Assembly: GCA_951406725.2 (NCBI GenBank)
Contig: OX597832.1
Location: 71,052,001 to 71,116,000 of the forward strand
Origin: Octopus vulgaris
Lineage: Eukaryota
DNA: 64,000 nucleotides
Reading direction: 5' to 3'
The stretch's first letter is position 1; each line of letters begins with the position of its first letter. The translations under genes were made by a program, and so were the position numbers. A model generated the notes under the pieces. The model was not told the DNA's origin, made no database searches, and was given only the letters and a program-made list of their open reading frames with translations. Shown one piece after another: positions 12,956 to 24,200 of this stretch.

Positions 12956-13245
12956 ATAATAATATTCTTTATTATAAATTATCTTGAGATGCTTTTTCTT
13001 TACATAATACATTCTCTACATTCTACTGTTGTTTTAATGCCATTTTTTTACGATTATTATATATGTTATTGGTAAAATATTTTTCTGGGAATGAATTATG
13101 ATTTATAACATTACTATAATGGAAAATTATTGCTCTACTATACGGATTTTCACTTAACATGCAGTCTCCGGAAACAAATTAACTCGTATATCGAGACATT
13201 ACTGTGTCAAAAATATATGTATCAAAAATGGGGAAGACTGGTTTA

Positions 13246-13308
13246 TGGGATTACCTTAGGTTTCCCGTCCATAGAGGGTTTAGCTTTATTACATATCATC
13301 AGATCCCA
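13246..13308 (-). ncRNA. Type I hammerhead ribozyme
   Basis: tgggat-CTGATGA-stem II (imperfect)-GAAA-cctaagg-TA-atccca. Confidence 0.75.
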
Positions 13309-13627
13309 AAAACCTGTTGGCCCATGACCTCTCTAAAATATTTAGGAGAAAATGCCTCATAGATGAATGTGCAAATTATGCATAACTGAACGCGCGAGAA
13401 TCTTAAAAATTCACTCAAACCAGGGAACATCCTAAACTCCAAAACAGAGATTTTCGGACCATGTTTACATTTCAGGAGGTTCCTGCTAGCTTTTTGGAGC
13501 CCACAAGATAGCAGCACAGCCGGATGTCGATTGCCAATAGCAAAGAGAGACAATCCACAATTGTTACCTTTAAGTAGTGAGGCATTTCCCCTAAATATTT
13601 TAAAGAGGTCATGGACCAACAGGTTTT

Positions 13628-13690
13628 TGGGATCTGACGATACGTCATAAAGCTAAACCCTTTATAGATGGGAAACCTTAGGTAATCCCA
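13628..13690 (+). ncRNA. Type I hammerhead ribozyme
   Basis: tgggat-CTGACGA-ta cgtc ataaag ctaaacc ctttat a gatg g-GAAA-ccttagg-TA-atccca. Stem I is 6 bp, stem III is ACC/GGU and the cleavage triplet is GUA. Confidence 0.8.
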
Positions 13691-13791
13691 TAAACCGGTC
13701 TTCCCCATTTTAAAATATGCTGCTCTGCATCTTAGAGTGTACTTCTTTCGGATTTATATTTTTTACAAATGATCCTATACACACGCATACA

Positions 13792-13866
<75 letters not shown>

Positions 13867-14003
13867 CAGCAGTGTAACTAAATGTGTGCCGTTGGCCTTT
13901 GGAATATCATCCTCACTGTTCTATATTTAAGAGATGCTGAATTATGTGCATTATTTACACTATTTACATTCGACGGATATTTGTCCTCGTCTTGTTTGTT
14001 GTT

Positions 14004-14040
14004 AACACAACGTTTCAGCTGATATACCAGCCTTCTTCAG
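14004..14040 (-). ncRNA. Minimal hammerhead motif, 5' strand of stem I lost at a junction with mariner
   Basis: CTGAAGA-a-ggctg gtatat cagct-GAAA-cg-TT-gtgtt. The sequence switches to mariner transposase immediately 5' of the core. Confidence 0.65.
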
Positions 14041-14586
14041 CCAAGACACTCTGCATGCAATTAGACTTGGAAAGTTTGTGAGGAACCCATTGACCCAATT
14101 TGCTGCCTTTTCTGATGGCATGCAGATGTCGATGAATAGTTGAATGACCAAATCCAAGCTTCTCTGCTAGTTCCTCAACAGTTACGATTGGATTTTGTTC
14201 CACCAGAGTTTGCAGGACATCCTTGTCAAGCTCTATGGATCTTCCAGGACAAAGTTTGTCTTCTAGGCTGTAGTTTCCGGCTCAGAATTTCTGGAACCTA
14301 TCCCCATATACTGCATTAATATTCCTCACACTTTCCATTGCGTTGTTGCCTTTATTGAACTCATAAAGCAAAATATGCCAAATATGCTCCTTTGTCACTT
14401 CCATTGTAGCTTTGAAAAAATAACTGTTAAAATTGAACTGCACTCTTCAAAACTTGCACTAAGAATAAGGGCATGGTAAGATTAATACCTGCTTTTATAG
14501 TAAGTTGATACACGTAGTTTATCCCATCACCCTCTGACTTTTAGTTCATGCAATTGAAAAAGACACATTATTCATGGTATGACCCA

Positions 14587-14589
<3 letters not shown>
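14041..14589 (-). mobile_element. Mariner transposon 5' fragment (one TIR plus transposase N-terminus)
   Basis: TIR-like tattgggtcataccatgaataatg next to TA. Translation MEVTKEHIWHILLYEFNKG...STIHRHLHAIRKGSKLGQWVPHKLS contains the WVPHEL-type motif. Confidence 0.9.
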
Positions 14590-14649
<60 letters not shown>

Positions 14650-14650
<1 letters not shown>

Positions 14651-15070
14651 TCATCATCATCATCGTTTAACGTCCGCTTTCCATGCTGACATGTGTTGGA
14701 CGGTTTGACTGAGGACTGGTGAGCCAGAGGCTGCACCAGGCTCAATCTGATCTGGCAAAGTTTCTACAGCTGGATGCTCTTCCAAATGCCAACCACTCCA
14801 AGAGTGTAGTGGGTGGTTTTACGTGCCACCGGCACGACGACCAGTCAGGTGGTTCTGGCAACGACCATGCTCAAAGGTGTTTTTACATGCTACCTGCACG
14901 GGAGTCCGGTGGCACTAGGAATGACCACGCTTGAATGTTGTTATTCATATGCTACCAGCACATGTGCCGGTAAGATGACGCTGGCAACGATCACACTCGA
15001 ATGGTGCTTTTCACGTGTCACCAGCACGGGAGCCAATCCGTGGCCCTGGCAACGATCATGCTCGGATGTG
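14650..15070 (-). mobile_element. SINE with RTE-type (GAT)n tail and internal ~55-60 bp tandem repeats
   Basis: Tail ...ggacgttaaacgatgatgatg; ggttggcatttggaagagcatccagctgtagaaac domain; repeated cacgtgccaccggcacg/ggcaacgaccatgctc units at 14815-15070. The same tail occurs at 28089-28175 and 36275-36363. Confidence 0.7.
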
Positions 15071-15135
<65 letters not shown>

Positions 15136-15350
15136 AAAAAAAGCTAGTTTTAAAATTCTGAGCGAAAGATATGCAATAACAGTACCGAATAGTAAAGTTT
15201 ATTTGCCAACAAAATGTGACAGCCCTATAAAAAGATGCTCCAGGAAAACGTCTTTACCAGCTGGTTATCGACAAACAGTTTGTATCTGTATAGTATGATC
15301 AGGCAGTTGGGGGGGGGGGGGCATCGCTGCCATCTTTAGCCTTCGTGATA

Positions 15351-15395
15351 CTCACAGACCTAGGTTTTTGGATTGTTTCCTGTCCTCGGTGCAAG
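15351..15395 (-). ncRNA. Hammerhead-like motif (U4C variant, GAAA degenerate)
   Basis: cttgca-CCGAGGA-caggaaacaatcca-aAAA-cctagg-TC-tgtgag. Confidence 0.55.
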
Positions 15396-15705
15396 ACAAC
15401 CACAGGCTAGTGATAGGGACTCACTCAACTTGCTTATACTATATACTTTATACTTTTTAAGCGACACACAGTTACTGATCCCGTAAAGAGAAAAACAGCT
15501 AGTTTTAAATCTCAGAGAGCGAGATATGTAGTAACAGTACCGAATAGTAAAGTTGATCTGTCAACAGAGTGTGGCCGTCCTATACAAGGATGTTACTGTT
15601 GTTTAGCCCCTGTGTTTCTCTTTATGAGATCAGCAACTGTGTGTCACTTAAAAAGTATATAGTATAAGCAAGTTGAGTGAGTCCCCATCACTAACCTCTA
15701 ATTGT

Positions 15706-15750
15706 CTCGCACCGAGGATAGGAAACAACTCAGAAACCTAGGTCTATGAG
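15706..15750 (+). ncRNA. Hammerhead-like motif (U4C variant)
   Basis: ctcgca-CCGAGGA-taggaaacaactca-GAAA-cctagg-TC-tatgag, with palindromic stem III ACCUAGGU and a GUC site. Confidence 0.6.
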
Positions 15751-16181
15751 TATCATGAAGGCTAAAGATGGCAGCGATGACCCCCCCCCCCCCCAACTGC
15801 CTGCTCATACTATATGGACACAAACTGTGTCGATAACCAGCTAGAAAATATGTTTTCCTGGAGCTAAACAACAGTAACATTGTCCTTGTATAGGACTGCC
15901 GCATTTTGTTGACAAATAAACTTTATTATGCATATATATTGCTTGGAATGTTCTGTTTGTTTTTCTTTTTGTTGGTACAGGCCAGTCATTGATGCTGGTG
16001 GCTGGGTGGCCATAGCTAGTCAATCGTTCTGGTTGGTTGCCCATGGTTGGTCAATTATCAATGATTTTTGGTATCAATTGTCTTTCATATGATCCTTACT
16101 TCTCCCTCACTACCACTTCTTTCGAAGGACTGAAGGTTTCAAGGAGTGGCTCTTATTAACTACTACTACTACGACGACGAC

Positions 16182-16242
<61 letters not shown>

Positions 16243-16539
16243 TGTAGTAATTGTTTAATAGATAATGTATTTCTAATCAATTACATTTAGATCAAGAGTT
16301 TTCAATAAAATAAAACCAAACCAATTTTCAAGAGAGTAGGGTACAAAATGGGAAGCGTGGGGTTGCTCTTTCTACCTGCACCAAAAGAAAACGTTTTGTT
16401 TGGTAAGTTTTTTTATATAACTGATTGAGAGCAATATGTAGACAAGTAACTCTCAAACATTGACGAGGAAGACATCTATGTGAGGCACAAATTTTTAAAT
16501 ATATAATACAAGGCTTTAGAAATATCTATATTAACATAT

Positions 16540-16920
16540 ACTTAAACCCTTCGCTCCCTTCGGAGAGTAATCTATTGATATTTTTTCTCCATTGTCCTCG
16601 ACTTCAGGCTGTCCTCTTTTCTGCTTCTTTCACTTAGATCCGTGTCTTTTCAGCTCTATCTTAGTTTCCCACCTCTTAAAGGGAAGGCCTTTCTCTCCAA
16701 AGTCGTGCTGGTTTACAATTGTCATTGATACTTCTGTAACCTTGCTTTTTCCTAGATAGGGGTGTTGGCCTAAAGCAAATCCATTTTCAATTTTGGGAAG
16801 AGGTGGTTCATGTTATTCTGGCTTCTGTCCATCATGGAAGGCCCTATAAGGAGCTTGTGATCCACTGTCATAAGCTCTCAGGGTAAATGGAGCTCACAAG
16901 CTACAACACCGCAACAGGAA
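16540..16920 (-). mobile_element. Bipartite non-autonomous RTE derivative (5' UTR joined to 3' tail)
   Basis: The minus strand starts cctgttgcggtgttgtagcttgtgagctccatttaccctgagagct...agggccttccatg...ggccaacacccc (RTE 5' UTR-like) and ends ...SRGQWRKNINRLLS...ggtttaagta (RTE 3' end-like). Confidence 0.55.
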
Positions 16921-17709
16921 TTGGACCTTGTGGTGGACGCCAATGCATGGCTGTGTTGGAAAACTTCTGGCTTATAATTTTGCTGTAAATAAGTGGCAAC
17001 ACTCAACCCCATATTACATGTTATACATGTTATGTTTATGAGACATTAGGGAGCCCCGTGTTATACATGCTATACATAATGGGCAACAGTGAGCTCCATG
17101 GGGTGGGAAAACTCCTTCTCTTCACATTTCCCTCGTCATTTGTTGAAATAATGCATTCGCAATTTCTTTTTGCCGACACGAAATATTTGCATGATTCACT
17201 GTTACGTATTTATTAACAGATTTCAAAATTTTAAAGAAAAATGAGAAAAGTGAAATTACTAGAGGACAAAAATTGTAATTTGATTAATAAAATAAAACGA
17301 AGCAAAAAATCGGTTTTATATATATATTTATATATACACACACACGCACTTACACATACACGTATGTATAATATGTATGCATAAGTATGTATGTAGACAC
17401 AGACAAATAGATTAAAAAATTTTACTCAAAGCAGTTTTTTTTACTCTCCCATAACGAAGAGTGCTATTAGTTTTTATTATTTGATCTCGGTCATGAAGTT
17501 ATAAAAGTGAGAACCACTAATCAAAACACAGGCGCACAAGTGTCTAGGGACACATTCACACTTTTTCTTTCATCTTTTTGGGGTCATGGAAGAAGTACCA
17601 GTTGAACACTGGAGGTGATGTAATAGACAAGCCCCCTACCCCACAATTTCAGGCCTTGTGCCTATAATAGGAATGATAATTATTATCCTCCTCATCATCG
17701 TCGTCGTCA

Positions 17710-17917
17710 AGGCAGCAAGCTGGCAGAATCGTTAACTCAGGCAAGATGCTTAGCACTGTTTCATCCATATTTACGTACTGAGTTCAAACTCCACTGAGGT
17801 CAACTTTGCCTTTAATCCTTTTGAAGTCGATAAAATAGGAACCAGTTGAGAACTGGGGGTCAATGTAATCGATTTACCTGCTCCCCTGCAATTGCTGACC
17901 TTAGGCCAAAATTGAAA
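17710..17917 (+). mobile_element. tRNA-derived SINE with Nin-like core (gaggtcaactttgcctttaatccttt...gtcgataaaata)
   Basis: A/B-box-like tggcagaatcg and gagttcaaactcc, followed by the conserved core. Degenerate relatives at ~26140-26900, 42290-42890, 46440-47690, 48805-48990 and 50955-51120. Confidence 0.75.
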
Positions 17918-19382
17918 ATCCAATATTATTACACCTGGGTGGTATTTGAACTCATAGAAAGAGTAATAAAGTCAATGATGGATGGAGTTAACCATAATGG
18001 AGAAAAAGTGAATCATAGGGAGACGTAAACAAGAAGTGTCTGCTATAGAGACGACAGAGGCAAAGATGGTGTAGGGTAGAGGAACTGTCGGTTTAGAAGA
18101 ACTGATTTAGCAGGAGGTAGGGACGGGTGAGATGGGTTGTGTTGAGTAATAGTGGCCTAATATATTGTCTGGTGTTTTCTTTTGTTTTTGTTACATTATA
18201 ATTTTTTTCTAACGTAGAACACAAGGCTAGAAAGTGAAGAAAGGGGTTGGGGTTATGGTTTAGTCAATAACATCAACCCCAGTATTTTACAGGTAGTTTT
18301 TATTTTATCAATCCGAACGTATAAAAGACAATGTTAAAAGACAATTGGGGTAAGATGATTTGTACGACACTCGAATCCCAGTTCGACTTTTAAGAGGCAG
18401 ACCTACAATCAAAAGGCAATCCAGTCACGACCACCTCGTCTAAGGCAATATGATTTGATAATTGAGAACAAGGCTTTGAGCGGCTACAAGTTTTTAACCT
18501 GTCATGTGACTATGAGGGGTTCTGGCCCTTAGTTGATATTTAGCCCCAGGTAAGCTATGGTCCAGAAATTCTATGATCAATCAAAAGTGTTCCATCCATA
18601 GCCATCTCGTCTTTTAAATACATCCTTTTATTTATCTATTTATTCATTTTTATTCAATAAAATTCAACTGGCAGCAGTTTCAAACCACTGACCATTGATC
18701 ATGTGACTTCCTCGTTCATCCCCTTCTCTCTCTCCCTCTCTCTCCCCTTCTCTCTTCCCCCTCTCTCTTTCCTTAGATCAGATTTAAAAAAACTATATTT
18801 CCGATTTTGAGCAAGTGTTAATGTATTCAGAGGAGCCACATCGTAAATGGAGTGTTTTTCCTGTTCTTCTGCGTTAAAGAACTTTAATGAAATTACTAAT
18901 GAGATTAGGGGTTCACATGTTGTTTTTATGTGTTTTGTTTTAATTTTGGTTTTTAGCAAAAATGATGAAATAAAATAAAACCCTCTTCGTCTCTTCTCAC
19001 TGTTCCTACACAAATTTCATTATCATTTTTTTTTAATTAATTATTCGTCAACTGAAAAACCAGAAACGAGACTAAAAGCCTAAGAAATCAAGAAAAACAT
19101 TAAAACAATTTTTTAAAATAAACATAAAAGCGGTTGTGACTAGTTTTGTGTGTGTGCTTTGTATGTACGTATGTGTACGTATGTGTGTTTTGTGTGTACG
19201 TATGTGTGTGTACATATTTTGTGTGTACGTATGTGTATGTTTGTGCTGGTGGAAGTCTCTGTGTAAGCCGAGTTGCGTGGTGTATATGTGTATTTATGGG
19301 TGTACACACGTAATACATTAGTGTGTGCATGATAATGTCAATATGTGTGCATTTGTGTGTGTGAGTATATTAGGTGTAGTCA

Positions 19383-19414
<32 letters not shown>

Positions 19415-20034
19415 ACATGTTAATGTGGGTAAATGCATCATGGCTGAATGGTTGAGTAGTTCCTTTTGCAACCAAAAGGCCACGAGGTTGATCCTTCTGC
19501 GAGCTATCTTGGACATATGTCTTTTATTATAGTCATGGGTCAGTCTAAAGTTTGTGATAGGAATTTGATAGACGGAAACTGTGTAGAAGCCTGTCAGATG
19601 GATTTTACCTGCTATTCAAACATCCACCCTTGTTACACATGTTGTGTATGATGTAGATTTATGGAGTGTTGCACATGTCGATGGAATATTCAACCATTAA
19701 CTCAACGATTCAGTAAGAACGGAGCTCGCTTGATGCAACGTCAGCAACACTCATTATCCAAATGACCGAGAACCATTTAATTGTGTATGTAGAAGCAGTT
19801 TGTGTGTGTGTGAGTGCGTGTGTGTATATATATATGTGTGTGTGTGTGTGCAGTGCGCATTTAACGGGTGTATACGTGCGTAATGTGTACATAGTATGCG
19901 TGCAAAGACGTCCTAATACTTCCGAACAAACTAATTCGCTGGAACCTCAGGTACGTATAAAGCTTTGGGCCACCGAGATCCATGATCATACTCTACACCA
20001 CCCTGGCACCTGCTCACTGCACCAACGCCTTAAA

Positions 20035-20305
20035 ACTGGACTGTGTATTGTGTTCTTGAGCAAGACACTTTATTTCTCATTGCTCCAGTTCACTCAGCTG
20101 TGGAATGAGTTGCGACGTCACTGGTACTAGGCTGTATCAGCCTCTACCTCTCCCTTGGATAACATCAGTGGTGCGGAGCGGGGAGCCTGATATGTATGGG
20201 TGACTGCTAGTCTTCCATAAACAACCTTGCCTGGATTTGTGCTTCGGGGTAGTTTTCTGGGGGCAGTCTCATAGTCATTCGTGACTAAAGAGGGTCTTTA
20301 CCCTT
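20035..20305 (+). mobile_element. SINE body fragment (CORE/V-like)
   Basis: tgtgttcttgagcaagacacttt...ctccagttcactcagctg...aatgagt motif, ending in ctttaccctt. Confidence 0.5.
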
Positions 20306-20634
20306 TATATACATATACTGTATGTGTGTGTATGTGTGTTAGGAAGCTGAAAGTTATGGTCGGTCATTGGGTAACCATTGATTTTGCACCAGTGAAGCGC
20401 TTAGCAATATATACGACACGTCAGACTCAAATGTCTGAAGGCCACTTGGGGCTGACAAGTGTGTGTGCATGTATATATATGTATATGAATATACACACAC
20501 ACATACATATACCTATATATTATACATACATCCATACATACATACATACATACATACATACATACATACATACATACATACATACATACATACATACATA
20601 CATACATACATACATACATGCGTACATACATGTA

Positions 20635-21135
20635 GGTTGTGCAAGACAAAGACTGAAGACATCAACCACATTATTGTCAACTTGCAGATATTATCTTCCC
20701 ATGAGGCATGATATAGTGGCCAAAACTGTCTGAAAAATGATAAGAAAAAAGAGGATACCTATAAAAGAATACTGGTGGAAATTGAAAATTAAAACAACCA
20801 CCAAGTTAAAACACAACTGCCCAGATATCGTTGTGGCGGAACCACAAAGAAAAGATATGTTCTTCAGTTTTGGAAATCGGATGCCCCACTGTGGTTAGGA
20901 AAAGACTAAAGGAAGAGGACATATATGGACCATTGATAAGGAATTTGCTAATCCAAAACCCAAGATACACTTTCAGTTTCATACCCATTATCATTGGAGC
21001 AACAGGATACCAACCCGTTTGGAGCAAAGTATGGCTGAACTTGAAATATTAGGGAGAGAATGCAAATCCTTCATAAGTTAAAATGATCCTGATATCTGGG
21101 ACTATAAAAATCAAGAAGACCTTCGTGAGATTTAA
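20635..21135 (+). mobile_element. R4/Dong-like non-LTR C-terminal fragment (CCHC knuckle plus restriction-like endonuclease)
   Basis: RLCKTKTEDINHII, YYLPMRHDIVAK, KHNCPDIV, EIGCP and IPIIIGATG are read in broken frames. Confidence 0.75.
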
Positions 21136-21549
21136 AGGATGACGGTTAAATCATGATACATTCTTTCACAACCTTGCTACTAAGTCGGTGGCTGGTCAAA
21201 ATTTACTCTAAATTAGAGACACTCACACAAATGTATAAATGCAACAGCACGTTCAGACTTGTAAACAATCCATTTGCTGTGTTTTGTCATGGAGCAAATA
21301 TCTCGCTGTAGACAAATGGTGTAAATACACCTAAATCAGTTTGCAGCACTTCCTATCCAGACTGAGAGATGCAAGCATTTCGGAGTGGTTATCTCCTGCT
21401 CAGTTACAGAAACCAGATGGTAGTGTAGCTAGCTGATGAAAGAGACAGTCTACACTCACACACACACACACACACACACACAGACAGACACACATACACA
21501 CACATCTATGCAAAGAGAGATGGGGGGGAGGTACATGAATATACATAAA

Positions 21550-21625
<76 letters not shown>

Positions 21626-21699
21626 TGTATGTATGTATGTATGTATGTATGTATGTATGTATGCATGTATGTATGTATGTAACATTGGCATTAACTCAT

Positions 21700-22260
21700 C
21701 TTCAAGTAGTTAATTTGTATCCAGTGATTGAGTGTCTTCATCCTGATGGGTGTGAAAAGCGTCGGTGCCTAAGGTGGCTGTTCAGGCCAAAGATGGTATA
21801 GGAGAGCCGGAGAAATTTATCATAAGGGAGAGTTGGCAGGGGACAAGGAAGTGTGAGTCACTCTTTGCATCTCTGATGCCTGATCACTGTCTCTTAACGT
21901 CTGTTATTTCTTATCTTCTCCGATTCTTTCACGATGACATGTTGCCACTTTATGCGATACTTGGCGATTGTCTTCCAGGCATTTGGGTCAAAGGAGCAAT
22001 GGAGGAGAGTGGCCTTTAGCTGGCCTCAGAAGCGGAATGTGGGGGCTCTGTGTGATTTGGTGACTGAGGCCAACTCTGCAAAGTGGAATTGACAAGGGAG
22101 GCGTGATTGAGGCATACGTATAATATGTCCTGACCAGCAGAGGCGGTGCTGTGTGACGGTAGCTTCAGTGCTGGACAGTTCGGCCCAGAGCAGAACCTCT
22201 TCGTTGGTAATATAGTCTTTCTGTCCAATCTTCATGACACACAAATTCATGAAACGTTCC
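21700..22260 (-). mobile_element. RTE LINE 3' fragment
   Basis: ORF 22026..22262: ITNEEVL...RLCWSGHIIRMPQSRLP. Confidence 0.8.
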
Positions 22261-22283
22261 ATCTTTCTCTCTCATTCTCTCTT

Positions 22284-22348
<65 letters not shown>

Positions 22349-22351
<3 letters not shown>

Positions 22352-22730
22352 CGCAGGAGTGGCTGTGTGGTAAGTAGCTTGCTTACCAACCACATGGTTT
22401 CGGGTTCAGTCCCAAGTGTCTTCTGCTATAGCCTCGAGCCGACCAATGCCTTGTGAGTGGATTTGGTAGACGGAAACTAAAAGAAGCCTGTCGTATATAT
22501 GTATATATATATATATGTATGTGTGTGTATATGTTTGTGTGTCTGTGTTTGTCCCCCAAGCATTGTTTGACAACCGATGCTGGTGTGTCCCCGTCACCTA
22601 GCGGTTCGGCAAAAGAGACTGATAAAATAAGTACTGGGCTCACAAAGAATAAGTCCGGGGTCGATTTGCTCGACTAAAGGCGGTGCTCCAGCATGGCCGC
22701 AGTCAAATGACTGAAACATGTAAAAGAGTA
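22349..22730 (+). mobile_element. tRNA-derived SINE (abundant family with internal microsatellite)
   Basis: ggcgcaggagtggctgtgtggtaag (A box), ggttcagtccc (B box), gtgagtggatttggtagacggaaac, and 3' ccagcatggccgcagtcaaatgactgaaac. Confidence 0.85.
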
Positions 22731-22858
22731 TATATATATATATACATACATACATACATACATGCATGCATACATACATACATACATACATACATACATA
22801 CATACATACATACATACATACATACATACATACATACATACACACATGTGTGTGTGTG

Positions 22859-23200
22859 TAGGAGCAGGTGTGGTGGTGTGGTAAGAAGCTTGCTTTTCAA
22901 CCACATGGTCTGGATTATGTCCCACTTTGTGTCACCTTGGGAAAATGTCTTTTGCTATAGCCCCGGGCCAACTAGAGCCTTGTGAGTGGATTTCATTGAC
23001 AGAAGCACATTGTATGTACATATGTTTGTGTGTGTGTCCTCACCACCACTTGTCAACCGTAACTAAGCAGTTCGGCAAAACAGACAGAATAAGTACTAGG
23101 CTTCAAAAATAAGGCCTGGGTCGGTTTGTTCTACTAAAACTCTTCAAGGCAATGCTCTAGCATGGCCACAGTCAAATAACTGAAACAAAGAAAAGATAAA
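22859..23200 (+). mobile_element. Second tandem copy of the same SINE
   Basis: Same motif order as 22349-22730. Other copies or fragments at ~19435-19600(+), 24605-24890(+), 25225-25370(-), 27680-27865(-), 33825-33990(-) and 61410-61555(-). Confidence 0.8.
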
Positions 23201-23207
23201 AGAAGAT

Positions 23208-23245
<38 letters not shown>

Positions 23246-23616
23246 GCATATACATATATGTGTGTGTGTATGTATGTATACAAAGAGAGAGAGAGGGGGG
23301 GAGAGGCTGAAAGAAAGACAGACAAGAGAGGGGAGAAAAAAGAGAGAGACAGTGAAAGCTGCTCATTCTGATCACGAATAACTTTATCAAACCTTATTGT
23401 TTCTATGTAACTCTTATCAAAATTAGTAGAACCACAATCACGACCTGAATATTGATGATATACACTCTGCTTAATCTACCACCTGGTTATTGTTATCGAA
23501 AAGTTTTTGTCCCAAATTGATTACAGTAAGCGGCTTTCAATTTACAATGTGTGTGTGGGAGTGTGCACAAATGTATATGTGTGTGTATATATATATGTAT
23601 ACGTATATTTATACGA

Positions 23617-23666
<50 letters not shown>

Positions 23667-24106
23667 ACACATCCATCCATATAGCCAGTGACACTTGTCT
23701 CTGCCTGAATGGCAGTGATATTGCCCAATAAATCTAATGATGTCAGTTTCACATTCCTGCGTAAAATTGACATAAAAGCATTTTTATGTCGTACAAGTTT
23801 GAACGGTCTGTTGTGTAATGGATGAATCGGTAGTGATGGTTGTTGCTATTGTTGTTGCTGGGAAGCGTTATTAGTGGTGGTGGTGGTGAGATATTTCGTT
23901 CCTTTTTCTTGGCAAGACACAGTTTATTCAACATTTGCCTTGATTACGGCACTTTTTACAAGTGAATGAAAGTAGTCTCGACCTGCCAGAAATAGCAATC
24001 AAATCGCTTGCCCTTCTTACTATCTTCAATAAGGAAACTACATACATGACGCCACATTCAAAGCTTGACATATGTTTGATGCGAAACTCCCTAACTTTGG
24101 GGCAAG

Positions 24107-24200
<94 letters not shown>

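Larger units (their letters stand above)
13225..13711 (+). mobile_element. Penelope-like 3' end with inverted pseudo-LTR (arms 13225-13359 and 13578-13711)
   Basis: The spacer encodes CKLCITERARIL / NILNSKTEIFGPCLHFRRFLL, matching the CxLCxxE...LNxRxE..xCxH C-terminus of PLE GIY-YIG proteins. Both arms contain a hammerhead. Confidence 0.8.
15133..15926. mobile_element. Retrozyme-like repeat: ~1.3 tandem copies of a ~355-370 nt monomer followed by an inverted copy
   Basis: gctagttttaaa...acagtaccgaatagtaaagtt recurs at 15143 and 15498 (period 355). 15614-15926 is the reverse complement of ~15190-15492. No ORF is present. Confidence 0.75.

Noticed and set aside
14815-15070. Regularly spaced repeats, superficially CRISPR-like
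   Set aside because: These are degenerate tandem units without unique spacers, inside a eukaryotic SINE.
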